From Pseudomonadota bacterium (GTDB lineage Bacteria > Desulfobacterota > Desulfobacteria > Desulfobacterales > RPRI01): a stretch of 64,000 nt of DNA. Numbering within the stretch: the stretch's first letter is position 1; the number at the start of each line of letters is the position of its first letter. The translations under genes were made by a program, and so were the position numbers. This document shows positions 28,706 through 38,309 of this stretch, piece by piece. The DNA is taken from the NCBI GenBank assembly GCA_043825875.1, contig JBDRRF010000103.1, positions 32,001 to 96,000 on the forward strand, given 5' to 3'. The notes beneath the pieces were generated by a model. It did not search any database, was not told the origin of the DNA, and saw nothing but the letters and a program-made list of their open reading frames with translations.

Positions 28706-30520
28706 CTAATTATATTGACAAGGAATTAACGCCCTGAGCAAAATATTCCAGCCCAAAACGCTTTCCAGTCTGGGGATAGGTTTGGGGTTGAGATTTTTAT
28801 AAATCACGAGCCCGTTTTCCTTATAAAGCAGTTTATTATTTTTGTCACTTTCCACTTTGATCATATATCCCTGCCATGGGGGGAGGTTCGGATCAATGTA
28901 AACCACTTCCTTAGTCTGAATGAAATAATATTCAACGCCTTCCGGGTGATATCCCAGGTACCATGCCTTTTGCCTGTTTGTTACATATGCCTGCATGGCA
29001 GCATCAATCCTATAAGCAACCGAAGCGTCTTTAGGTATATATTCCCTCATTTTTTCTAAGACATGCTCATATTTAGCGTTAACAGGCGAGGATCTAATAA
29101 ACACAATTTTCTTATTTGTAATACCAGCCCATGGATAGTTATTTGAAAACCATAAAGTTGTGGATATTATGCCTGCAGCCATTAGAATTAACATCAAATA
29201 TTTATTATTATCGGCGACTGCTTTTTTGTCCGAGATTGTTCCCGGACTAAACATGCAGGTAAGTACCATAAAAGCGCTTAAATACACCGGAACAACCATG
29301 TTTGCATTTCTATGGGAAGCAATATCATAACTTCGGAATAAACCCATTACGGCACCAACAGCAGCAAATACAAGCAAGCCAATGAGAGGCCAATTCCAGC
29401 ACTTATCTCTTTTTATTCCTAAAAGAGGAACAAAGCCGACTGTCAATAGCAGGAGAAAGATATATACTGCATGGTATAGAGATGCTCGGATAAATGATGT
29501 GAAATCAAGCTTCAAAAAAAGTTGGATCATAGTACCGGTAGGTTGGCTCGACAGATCCCAAATACCTCGCAGGCTTTCCCTGATAATGGCCTGATCCCAC
29601 AACATAACCAAAAGACCGATCACTAAAGTTATAATGCCCTGCTTGGGAGCTCTAAAGAAAAGAGCTATTATTACACCAAGCGCAATTACGGAATATGTAT
29701 AAGGCATATTGATAATTGCTAGTAGGAACACAAAAACATAAAACAACATCCAGCGTCGTGAAAATAATGAGGCAAATACATAAGGATAAACGGCGTATGA
29801 TATTAGGTCAAATTGACCGCTCATCAAAATGGATCTTTCCACCCATGGTAATAGACAAAATCCCATTGCCGCCATAAGCGCCATTATTTTTGACCCCTTG
29901 AGTGCGCGCACCGCTAAATATATTCCAAATGATCCGAAAGTAATAACCACTATGACAACGGCAAACACATGCATTGGGGGATTAGGATAAAACCAATAGA
30001 GGGGAGTTAGTAAAAGGCTTGGCAGTATTTGCGGCACCGTAGAAAATGCCGAAGCGTAAAAGAAAGGATTAGCATGGAAATAGAGAGCGCCGTTATATTT
30101 AACCGTATTTTCAGGTCCGATTCCAGCGCATAGATTATGGAGTACCTGAGCAAAATAGGCCCCGTTCCCATGGTTGTACTCATACAGATAGGGATTCATA
30201 AATATATCAATCCCAAACCAACCGATGACCAGTATGATAAACATACCTAAAATTAATTTATAATTTGATTCAATAAACATTCGCCACGGATGCCGGTTAT
30301 CAAAGATAAACCGCCACCTCAATAGTACATAGTCCTTACATAAATAGAGGCTCCAGAAAAGCATAATAAAGGTAGTCGTTGCCCTGATGAATCTTGTTCT
30401 GTCTATGGTAATCCGGGGAAGAATTAGAAAAAATAGAATCAGCGAAACAATAAGTAGTAAAATTGATTTGTTCAGGATATTTCTTTTTGTCAATATTTTT
30501 TGCATACGATCAATGCCCAT
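28706..30520 (-). CDS. Polytopic membrane protein, DUF2079/GT-C-like
   Basis: More than 10 TM segments, early periplasmic loop (GNGAYFAQVLHN), soluble C-terminal domain (IPKDASVA). Confidence 0.55.
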   Translation of the reverse strand: MGIDRMQKILTKRNILNKSILLLIVSLILFFLILPRITIDRTRFIRATTTFIMLFWSLYLCKDYVLLRWRFIFDNRHPWRMFIESNYKLILGMFIILVIGWFGIDIFMNPYLYEYNHGNGAYFAQVLHNLCAGIGPENTVKYNGALYFHANPFFYASAFSTVPQILPSLLLTPLYWFYPNPPMHVFAVVIVVITFGSFGIYLAVRALKGSKIMALMAAMGFCLLPWVERSILMSGQFDLISYAVYPYVFASLFSRRWMLFYVFVFLLAIINMPYTYSVIALGVIIALFFRAPKQGIITLVIGLLVMLWDQAIIRESLRGIWDLSSQPTGTMIQLFLKLDFTSFIRASLYHAVYIFLLLLTVGFVPLLGIKRDKCWNWPLIGLLVFAAVGAVMGLFRSYDIASHRNANMVVPVYLSAFMVLTCMFSPGTISDKKAVADNNKYLMLILMAAGIISTTLWFSNNYPWAGITNKKIVFIRSSPVNAKYEHVLEKMREYIPKDASVAYRIDAAMQAYVTNRQKAWYLGYHPEGVEYYFIQTKEVVYIDPNLPPWQGYMIKVESDKNNKLLYKENGLVIYKNLNPKPIPRLESVLGWNILLRALIPCQYN

Positions 30521-31155
30521 TAGATGGCTGCCTTAAGTAGTTTTTTTGAGCGGCATAAAACCATAATCCATGGGGTAGGAGTAAGAACATCAATAATATC
30601 AAAATATGAGGATAGCAATTTTAATAGAGCGGTTTTTGACCAATGTTGAATATGACCAGGTGTGTTGCCAAGCTCAAAAATATATTTAAAGCGAACAAGA
30701 TTCATAATTCTCCAGAGGGGTTCCCGTGGCACACTGATAATGAGAAAGGGATCAGCTAATTGTTCCAAAATAGCCAAAGCATTGACCGGGTTATGGAGAT
30801 GTTCAAGAACTTCTGAACATAAAATCAATTTTGCCGAATCGCTGGTAGCCAAGTCATAAATACTGGCAATTTTAAATTTAATATCTACCTTGGCTCTTCT
30901 CGCATTTTCCGATGCAATTTCGATGATTTTTCCCGAAAAGTCGCTTGCGACAACTTTCTTCTTCTGTTTTGCCAAAGCAATGCTAAGATTCCCCTCCCCA
31001 CATCCGACCTCGTGTATCTCATTTACACCAGTCTTGGAAACCAAAGCATCAAGACAGTCATGAAATCCTTTCATCATATACCTTACGACTGGATTCGCTG
31101 AAGCGTATTTATCATAAAGATTACCAGCAATTATGCCGTCTTCTATGATAGTCAT
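30520..31155 (-). CDS. Class I SAM methyltransferase
   Basis: GNLYDKY, EVGCGEG, SEVLEHL, SVPREPLWR, TPGHIQHWS. Confidence 0.88.
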   Translation of the reverse strand: MTIIEDGIIAGNLYDKYASANPVVRYMMKGFHDCLDALVSKTGVNEIHEVGCGEGNLSIALAKQKKKVVASDFSGKIIEIASENARRAKVDIKFKIASIYDLATSDSAKLILCSEVLEHLHNPVNALAILEQLADPFLIISVPREPLWRIMNLVRFKYIFELGNTPGHIQHWSKTALLKLLSSYFDIIDVLTPTPWIMVLCRSKKLLKAAI

Positions 31156-31203
31156 TTCCTTATCCTTACATCAATACCAAGTTCAAATAGCATGATTACC
31201 AAC

Positions 31204-32547
31204 TCATTTGATTAAAAAACTTTTTATAAAACCAAAACTATTTCTAATGGCTGAGCTAAAATCTGCTCTCGTCAAATTGTAAAGTATAATAGACGGACGT
31301 AAATAAAATTTTAAAAGTGCCTTACGTTGCCAGTTCACCAGATCCTTTGGTTCTAAATCATTGACTCTTATAACAGCATTCCCCCATCGTCTATAATCTG
31401 CCCAATTTGAAGACAATAAACTCAATCCACCAACTCCAGACTTTGCATATTCATAATATTCTGTTCCCGGAAACGGTGTTCCTATATTAATATAGGCTTG
31501 TTTACATTTTAATTTTTTAATAAAATTAATTGTGTTTTTAATAGTTTCTTCCGTTTCTTCAGGCAGACCGAAAATAACAGAGAGCCTTGTTTCTAGACCA
31601 ACCTCGTCGGCTATTTTATAGGCCTTCTTTATTTGGTCAAGAGTTGTTCCCTTTTTTGCCGCATCTAAAATATGTTGATTCCCGGACTCTACACCAAAAG
31701 ATATTCTGTTAAGCCCTGCCTGCTTTAATTTTTTAAGCAAATCAAGCGTTACCACATTTACGCGGGTATATCCTTCAAATGTAATATTCAGTTTTTCCTT
31801 GATTATCGAATCGCAGAGGTTAATTGTCCTTTCATGATTAAGGCCGAGGGTATCATCTAAAAAGCTGAAGTGCCGGATATTATATTTGTCAATGACCATC
31901 TTAAGTTCTTCGATAATTCCAGGGACGCCACGATAACGAACATGGTTTCCGAAGATTACCTTCTGCGAGCAGAATATACATTTAAAGGGACAGCCCCTCG
32001 ATGTCATAATCGTCGCCATGGGTTGAATGCCTTTGCCGGGGACGGACCATACATACTTTTGATTATCCAGGAGATCCCGATTCGGAAAACTTATGGAATC
32101 AAGATCCTTAATCAATGGCTCCTGCGCCATTATCCCTCTGGCCGGAGATTTCAAAAATTTATTAAAAGCAACTTCGCCTTCACCTGGAATTACAGTGTCA
32201 ACAAAGGGGCTGGATATGACGGATTCAGGCACTGCGGAACAATGTGGTCCACCTGCAACCGTCCAGATATATGCACTATGTTTTTTTACTATTTGGAACA
32301 GATCAAAAGCCTGATTAACAAGAGGCGTCGTAAATGTCACACCGATAATGTCAGGCTTGAAGGATTTCAAGGTATCTAAGAGATTAGGGTTCAATTCAAG
32401 ATCAATAATTTTCGTTTCGTGATCGCCCTCAATATTTGCAGCGAGTGAGGCAAGCCCCAAAGGAGGATATAGAACTCCGATTTTTGCCGCCGGAGAGAAA
32501 TTTCCATAAACACCGGTAAAGGATGGATTAACCAACAAGATTTTCAT
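31204..32547 (-). CDS. B12-binding radical SAM methyltransferase-like enzyme
   Basis: PPLGLASLAA, GGPH, GEGE, SRGCPFKCIFC, GVESG, PFPGT. Confidence 0.9.
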   Translation of the reverse strand: MKILLVNPSFTGVYGNFSPAAKIGVLYPPLGLASLAANIEGDHETKIIDLELNPNLLDTLKSFKPDIIGVTFTTPLVNQAFDLFQIVKKHSAYIWTVAGGPHCSAVPESVISSPFVDTVIPGEGEVAFNKFLKSPARGIMAQEPLIKDLDSISFPNRDLLDNQKYVWSVPGKGIQPMATIMTSRGCPFKCIFCSQKVIFGNHVRYRGVPGIIEELKMVIDKYNIRHFSFLDDTLGLNHERTINLCDSIIKEKLNITFEGYTRVNVVTLDLLKKLKQAGLNRISFGVESGNQHILDAAKKGTTLDQIKKAYKIADEVGLETRLSVIFGLPEETEETIKNTINFIKKLKCKQAYINIGTPFPGTEYYEYAKSGVGGLSLLSSNWADYRRWGNAVIRVNDLEPKDLVNWQRKALLKFYLRPSIILYNLTRADFSSAIRNSFGFIKSFLIK

Positions 32548-32562
32548 TATATAAAATTTTCC

Positions 32563-33117
32563 TCATTTACTAGCAGTGGTTTTAAGGATAAAAAGTTGAT
32601 TTAGGCCGATAAGAAACTTCTCGTATTTATCAATGCTAATGTCCGCTTGGGCAACGATACCATTCATACGACTAAGATTAATTAGTTTTTCATGTTGCTC
32701 GTTGGCAAGAGAGCTGAATAATCCTATCTGCGTACCCAAGTAATGTATAATATCTGCCATCGGATGAGGCGTTGTGATGATAATCCAACCGTCCGGATTT
32801 AACATAACACTCATACTCCTAAGCAAATCCACAGGGTTTTTTATATGCTCGATAACCGCAAGTAAAACAATACTATCAAATTGCTCGTCCTCAGGCATGA
32901 TTGTCTCAAACCTGAATCGGGGATTTTTCATCCGTGCGATATTAATCGACGAAATATCGATATCCACACCTATGTAATTATTCGGCGTACAAATTTCAGC
33001 CAGAGACCCGGTACCGCAACCATAATCCAGAATTTTCCCCCGTAAATACGGCGAGACCCTTTTTATTCTCTGTGTGCGTAACCACGGAGATAACAAACCA
33101 ATCATCTGATCAGCCAT
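32563..33117 (-). CDS. Class I SAM methyltransferase
   Basis: LDYGCGTG, LAVIEHI, LNPDG, ITTPHP. Confidence 0.88.
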   Translation of the reverse strand: MADQMIGLLSPWLRTQRIKRVSPYLRGKILDYGCGTGSLAEICTPNNYIGVDIDISSINIARMKNPRFRFETIMPEDEQFDSIVLLAVIEHIKNPVDLLRSMSVMLNPDGWIIITTPHPMADIIHYLGTQIGLFSSLANEQHEKLINLSRMNGIVAQADISIDKYEKFLIGLNQLFILKTTASK

Positions 33118-33140
33118 TGTTTAACATTTTTCTCCAATTG

Positions 33141-34130
33141 TTATTTTCGGACTTCATCTTTCTTAATACTTAGAAATAAATACCCAAGAAGGCCCACTAT
33201 AGAGGCACTGATAATAAGCATTGAATGCATGACAATGGCGCTCAGCACTGCACTGTTTTTATCGAGCCCGACAAACAGAAAACCAAGTACCCAGCCGGCA
33301 TCAAGAAGCCCGGTATTTCCCGGGGCATTTAAAGGAAGCATGGAGGCAAACAGAGCGAAAGATGAGCCCACAATAGTTGCTGTAATTGAACAGCGTATAT
33401 TTAAGCTGATCATGACTATCTGAAATATTAAAATGGATGATATACTGCAAAACAGTGTTGATACAATTAAATATGAATGAGTTCTGATATTCCCCATCTG
33501 AGTGGTACTATGCAGAAAATGACCGAGGAGGTGAAGAATTTTTTCTTTCACCGATATTAATAAATTTATTTTCCTTATTAGAAGAATCAAGATACGGATA
33601 AGCCTTGGCAAATTCCACAATAATAAAATTATTATTATAAAAATCAGCAGGGCAGCAGATATCAGCAAGGGTGAGCGCTTTAATACATGCCCGAAAAAGG
33701 AAGCCGCAAAAACGAAAATCATGGAAATCATGAGAAAATCGTAAATACGAATTGTGATCAATATTCCTGTAGCATGGCCAATTTCCATGTGAAAATGTTT
33801 TTTCGTCAAATACAGAAAAGACAACTCCCCTGATCGTGCAGGCAAAATATTGTTCCAGAAGCTATGAATTGCCACTATGCTTAATAATTTTAGGGGATTT
33901 ACATTTGAAAGCTCAGGGGTATTATGCAGACGAAATGACCGGAAACAGCAAAGCAGAATATAACCGATAGGTATACAGAGCAACTTTGGGAGATCTGCTT
34001 TTTTCATTATTTCATATGTTTTTGATAAATCGACACCCCTACACATCCACCAGATCAAAAAGAGAATAATCAGGGATGAGACTGCATATCTAATCCCGCG
34101 GCGGTATTCAACATATGTCTTTCCTGACAA
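33141..34130 (-). CDS. Lysylphosphatidylglycerol-synthase-TM / flippase-like membrane protein
   Basis: RSFR, FWNNILPARSGE, RIYD, LPLNAPGNTG; about 8 TM segments. Confidence 0.8.
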   Translation of the reverse strand: MSGKTYVEYRRGIRYAVSSLIILFLIWWMCRGVDLSKTYEIMKKADLPKLLCIPIGYILLCCFRSFRLHNTPELSNVNPLKLLSIVAIHSFWNNILPARSGELSFLYLTKKHFHMEIGHATGILITIRIYDFLMISMIFVFAASFFGHVLKRSPLLISAALLIFIIIILLLWNLPRLIRILILLIRKINLLISVKEKILHLLGHFLHSTTQMGNIRTHSYLIVSTLFCSISSILIFQIVMISLNIRCSITATIVGSSFALFASMLPLNAPGNTGLLDAGWVLGFLFVGLDKNSAVLSAIVMHSMLIISASIVGLLGYLFLSIKKDEVRK

Positions 34131-34297
34131 GTAAGAGATAAATTATTCCTTTTAACTTCCTGAGATAAATTAATACTTTTCTGAAAAAAAGAAGTATGAA
34201 TTCAATTCCTGTAATCGTTCACAGGAATAACCATTACGAATGAAATCGAAAGTATTGCCATGGAAAAATGATCCGAAGATCTTGAGGTATTTTCTAA

Positions 34298-35290
34298 TCA
34301 TCTGTCTTTCCTTGCGGAACTCCCTTTACGATATCCAATTTTTCTTAACCGATACTGGATATCTTCCATCAACTTTCTGTTTACGGAGAGAAGATCGGCC
34401 AGAAATGCTACCAGTATAGTCTGAAAACCAATCCCGATCAGTATAGAGGCCAAAATAAGAGATTGGACATGTGCCGCAATATCAGAACCTGTAATAAAGT
34501 GATAGATTAAATAGTATGCGTATCTAAGGCCTATTAACAGACCAATTGATAATGATACTAAACCAATGGTCATGAAAAAGCGAAAGGATTGATAAACCAC
34601 AAATATTCTAATGATAGTGAGAATTGAGCGTTTCAAATATACAGGAATGCTTTTTATCAGCCTTGAAGGCCGCAAATATTTATTGGTTCTGATAGGTACC
34701 GATGCCACGGTCATATTTTTCTGACCTGCTTGAATGATGGTTTCCAATGTATATGTGTATTCGTTAAAAACATTAAGATGCATCGCGGCATCTCTACTTA
34801 TGGCTCTAAATCCACTTGGGGCATCAGCGACATTCGTCTTGCTTACCAGCCTGACCACATAACTTCCAAACTTTTGAAGAATTCTTTTCAGCGCGGAAAA
34901 ATGCTCAACCTCATTTATAGGTCTAGCACCGATAACTATATCGGCTTCGCCGTCCAATATTGGTTTTACAAGTTTAGGAATATCTCCAGCATCATATTGA
35001 TTATCTGCATCTGTATTCACAATGACATCAGCACCGAGCTTTAGACATGTTTCCAAACCGGCCATGAAAGCGGTTGCTAATCCTTTGTTTCTTGACAGAT
35101 TAACGATATGATCCGCACCGGAATTTTTAGCTACTACTGCCGTATTATCTGTGCTACCATCATCAATAATCAGCCACTCAACCGATTCAAACCCTTCTAC
35201 CTCCCGGGGAAGCTCGCCGAGGGTTAGACCGATAGTTTCAGCCTCATTGTAACAAGGTATTTGAATAATTAACTTCAATGGCCCCTCCAC
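34298..35290 (-). CDS. GT2 polyprenol-phosphate glycosyltransferase (DPM/GtrB-like)
   Basis: IQIPCYNEA, IDDGSTD, TDADNQY, DAPSGFRA, two C-terminal TM helices. Confidence 0.88.
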   Translation of the reverse strand: MEGPLKLIIQIPCYNEAETIGLTLGELPREVEGFESVEWLIIDDGSTDNTAVVAKNSGADHIVNLSRNKGLATAFMAGLETCLKLGADVIVNTDADNQYDAGDIPKLVKPILDGEADIVIGARPINEVEHFSALKRILQKFGSYVVRLVSKTNVADAPSGFRAISRDAAMHLNVFNEYTYTLETIIQAGQKNMTVASVPIRTNKYLRPSRLIKSIPVYLKRSILTIIRIFVVYQSFRFFMTIGLVSLSIGLLIGLRYAYYLIYHFITGSDIAAHVQSLILASILIGIGFQTILVAFLADLLSVNRKLMEDIQYRLRKIGYRKGSSARKDR

Positions 35291-35310
35291 TTAACAGATA
35301 ATTGGCACAC

Positions 35311-36918
35311 TTAGCACTTATCCTGAGTTACATCGGTAAACCGATTTCGAATCAGCTGCACCAGGAACTTAACATCTTTGCTTTTCAAGTCCAATATCTC
35401 CGGTTTAAAGTACACTGACACAATAACTATCATCGTATATATGATGCCAGATAAAATAAAATCATATAATCCTCCATCTGCAAATAAATAATTGGCAACA
35501 AGCGCTGACATTGCAGCAAGCCCCGTAAAAAAAAACAGACAACCAATCTGGTGCACCAGATAATGCAAGTAGCTAAGATGGAGCAATTTGGTGTTAAAGT
35601 ATAATTGGACATTGACAGCTATGATATTTATTATTACCATTTTTATTGCCAATCCAGTGGCCCCTGCATTTAAACCAAACTTATCAAAAGGTGCAATCAT
35701 GAAATAAGTAAGAGGAAGGCTCACCAGAGAAAAGATTACAGTAATGTTCCTATATAGTTTTGTTCTCCCGGTGGCGTAAAACAGCGAACCTGTCAACTGT
35801 CCATATGTCTGGTGAACAGGATATAGCGACATGATAGCAACAGCCATGATACTTCCCTGAAAAGCGCTTCCCCCAATAATTCTCACAACATTTTGCGCTT
35901 GCACCATTAAAAAGCATGAAAAATAGGCGGCTATGGCATACAATATAGGGACATAACGTTTAAAAAGCCGCCCCATTTCATTCAGGTTGTTAGTACCATG
36001 AAGGATTGAATATTCTCTCATCAACAGTGGTGTCATGGCACCGGTAAAAAGAAAACAGATGGTTCCTATCTGATATGATAGACTGTAAAAACCCTGCTGT
36101 ATACTTCCGCCGAAGTATTGCAACAACCATCTGTCAAATATCCCCCCTACCAATCCAAATAGGGCAATAATAAAGAGTGGATGGCTATAATTAAAAAATA
36201 CCTTTAGGTATTTTTTTGCACTATCCCACGATAACCTCAGATTCTTTTTGGCTAAATGAACATTACTGCCGATTACTCCTATCAAAACAATTATTAGAAA
36301 AAGAAGTATAAAATAATTGTAGAAGAAAATTTGGGGCAGATAAATCTGGTTGTATAAATAAAGTAAAACAATAAACACAAGACCTGAAATCCGCTGAAGC
36401 ATTCGTACTTTTTCTGCAGGTACGGTTAATCCATAGGCATCAGCCATCGTCCCCAATATCTGCGCAAACCAACTGAGAAGTCCCCAACCCGCAGCCAGAT
36501 AAATATAAACCAAATTCTGCCCTATCCAGATTGTTTCATGTATACCCGAGAAATGAACTAACAGTACAAACCCAATAACGAAAAAAGAAACAAAAGCGAT
36601 AAAGTACAAATAAAACAAGATTAACGAGTGTTCTTCAGGATTGCGCGAAATATTCGTATAGAAACATGTTGATGTTCCCATATCAAGAAAACCGACAACC
36701 TGGGTAAAAAAATTAGTAAGAAAATTAAAATCTCCATACGCCTTGGGACCCAATCCCCGCGGAATGATCAGCTGGGTGATAACACTGATTATTAGGCCAA
36801 GAAAATTGGAGGAGAGTTTAAAAAAATATCTCTTATTAAGTGAATCTTTATTTCCGAGGTTCGGATGAATATCGGGATTATCGAAATTTCTGTTTTCGCC
36901 TTTACCGATAATTGTCAT
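35311..36918 (-). CDS. wzx: Wzx flippase (MOP superfamily)
   Basis: IPRGLGPKAYG, DRWLLQYFGG...QGFYSL, 12-14 TM segments. Confidence 0.85.
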   Translation of the reverse strand: MTIIGKGENRNFDNPDIHPNLGNKDSLNKRYFFKLSSNFLGLIISVITQLIIPRGLGPKAYGDFNFLTNFFTQVVGFLDMGTSTCFYTNISRNPEEHSLILFYLYFIAFVSFFVIGFVLLVHFSGIHETIWIGQNLVYIYLAAGWGLLSWFAQILGTMADAYGLTVPAEKVRMLQRISGLVFIVLLYLYNQIYLPQIFFYNYFILLFLIIVLIGVIGSNVHLAKKNLRLSWDSAKKYLKVFFNYSHPLFIIALFGLVGGIFDRWLLQYFGGSIQQGFYSLSYQIGTICFLFTGAMTPLLMREYSILHGTNNLNEMGRLFKRYVPILYAIAAYFSCFLMVQAQNVVRIIGGSAFQGSIMAVAIMSLYPVHQTYGQLTGSLFYATGRTKLYRNITVIFSLVSLPLTYFMIAPFDKFGLNAGATGLAIKMVIINIIAVNVQLYFNTKLLHLSYLHYLVHQIGCLFFFTGLAAMSALVANYLFADGGLYDFILSGIIYTMIVIVSVYFKPEILDLKSKDVKFLVQLIRNRFTDVTQDKC

Positions 36919-38117
36919 TAAACCTTTTTTATTCTGTTGGCTAATATTTGCCAGGAATATAAATCTTCAGTGCCTTCTTTTTTAATGTAGTGGTTTTTAT
37001 AGGCACAATATTTGTTTTCGTCCACATATAATTCGTTTTGCAGATCAAACTTGATGGGATAATCCAGATTATGCACCTTTTTACCAAAGAATTCAGCCAT
37101 CCACTCTGGCGTTGGATCTTCTACCCAGTATTCGCTATATTTATCCGTTGTCACAATAATCACGGGTTTTTTATACAGAATGGCAAAATTGATAGCCGTA
37201 CTCGTATGCATGATTACAAAACCGGATGTTCTCACCAACTCCGATGTCTTGCCACGTATCACAGGCCTACCGCCAAAATAGTCGGGAAGATCTTCATAGC
37301 GAGAACGGGGATGCGCGGCAATGGTTATTTTGAACCCGTTCTTACTTTCAAGATAATCGAAGAATTTGCAAAGCTTCGGATAATATTCATCCGGACTTAC
37401 CGGTGAACTGTGCCCGGTGTAAGCATAATCGGGATGAAAAGGCTTAAATTCGTCAATAAAAATCCCTCTCTTTGCATCAACTGGTTCCGGCATATCTGCT
37501 TCCTTTAAATAAATATCATAATCGAGATAATGCGCCCATACAATCTCTGACTGAGCCGTTACAACCAACCCCGATGTCCCATTATATTTGTCACCCCCGA
37601 TGACCAACAAAAAATCGGCAGGCTTTACATTTAACAAACCATAAGGAAGAGAATATAATATTTTAGTCAGTACACCATTCCAGGTCACTAGTTTAAACTT
37701 CAAAGAGAACCTCTTGGAAAGCTTTAAGCCCGAACGATCAACTGTCGGCAGTGCCATTGTAACAACACAGCGTTTAATTTTTTTTTTCAAAATCATTCTA
37801 AAAATGCGAAGCGTCTTTGGAGTATATCGAATTAACGATATGATAAAGCAGGTATAGTCCAATCCCTTAATTGCGGTGATCGCTTCTTTTTTGGTGTGGA
37901 ATAAGCGCCAGTTGTCACAATTAAAGGCCGGTGGCTTAACTAAAATTTTAAATTCATCTGTAGCAATGAAAGGGGTAAAGTCCCATATTTCAACATCAAA
38001 CCCATTATCTTCAAATATATTAATGCCGAATCGTTTATAATCCCGCATATTAAAATAAGATTCAATAAAAAAGATTATTCTCTTAATGCCTGAAGATTTA
38101 CTAGTCAACAACGCCAT
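36918..38117 (-). CDS. Putative nonulosonic-acid glycosyltransferase (GT-B)
   Basis: AAHPRS (HP motif) and HTSTAINFAI; located between the Leg pathway and wzx. Confidence 0.5.
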   Translation of the reverse strand: MALLTSKSSGIKRIIFFIESYFNMRDYKRFGINIFEDNGFDVEIWDFTPFIATDEFKILVKPPAFNCDNWRLFHTKKEAITAIKGLDYTCFIISLIRYTPKTLRIFRMILKKKIKRCVVTMALPTVDRSGLKLSKRFSLKFKLVTWNGVLTKILYSLPYGLLNVKPADFLLVIGGDKYNGTSGLVVTAQSEIVWAHYLDYDIYLKEADMPEPVDAKRGIFIDEFKPFHPDYAYTGHSSPVSPDEYYPKLCKFFDYLESKNGFKITIAAHPRSRYEDLPDYFGGRPVIRGKTSELVRTSGFVIMHTSTAINFAILYKKPVIIVTTDKYSEYWVEDPTPEWMAEFFGKKVHNLDYPIKFDLQNELYVDENKYCAYKNHYIKKEGTEDLYSWQILANRIKKV

Positions 38118-38214
38118 CCTTGTTTATGGTATGTCTGTTTTTCCACTGACCATCGACTTTTGCCAGGGAATAGGGAAAATTATTCTGATCACAGAGGATA
38201 AGCAAAAGTCTCAT
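38101..38214 (-). pseudogene. 37-codon chimeric remnant ending like an N-acetyl sugar amidotransferase
   Basis: MRLLLILCDQNNFPYSLAKVDGQWKNRHTINKDGVVD*; DGQWKNRHTI matches NGEWKLRHVV of 39851..41077. Confidence 0.5.
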
Positions 38215-38309
38215 TTTAATTCCTAATAAAATCTATCCAGGGTCACTATCAAAGATGATTTCAAAATAAGATAAAGCATCTATCTGAATGACCTTTTGCA
38301 TGGATAAAA

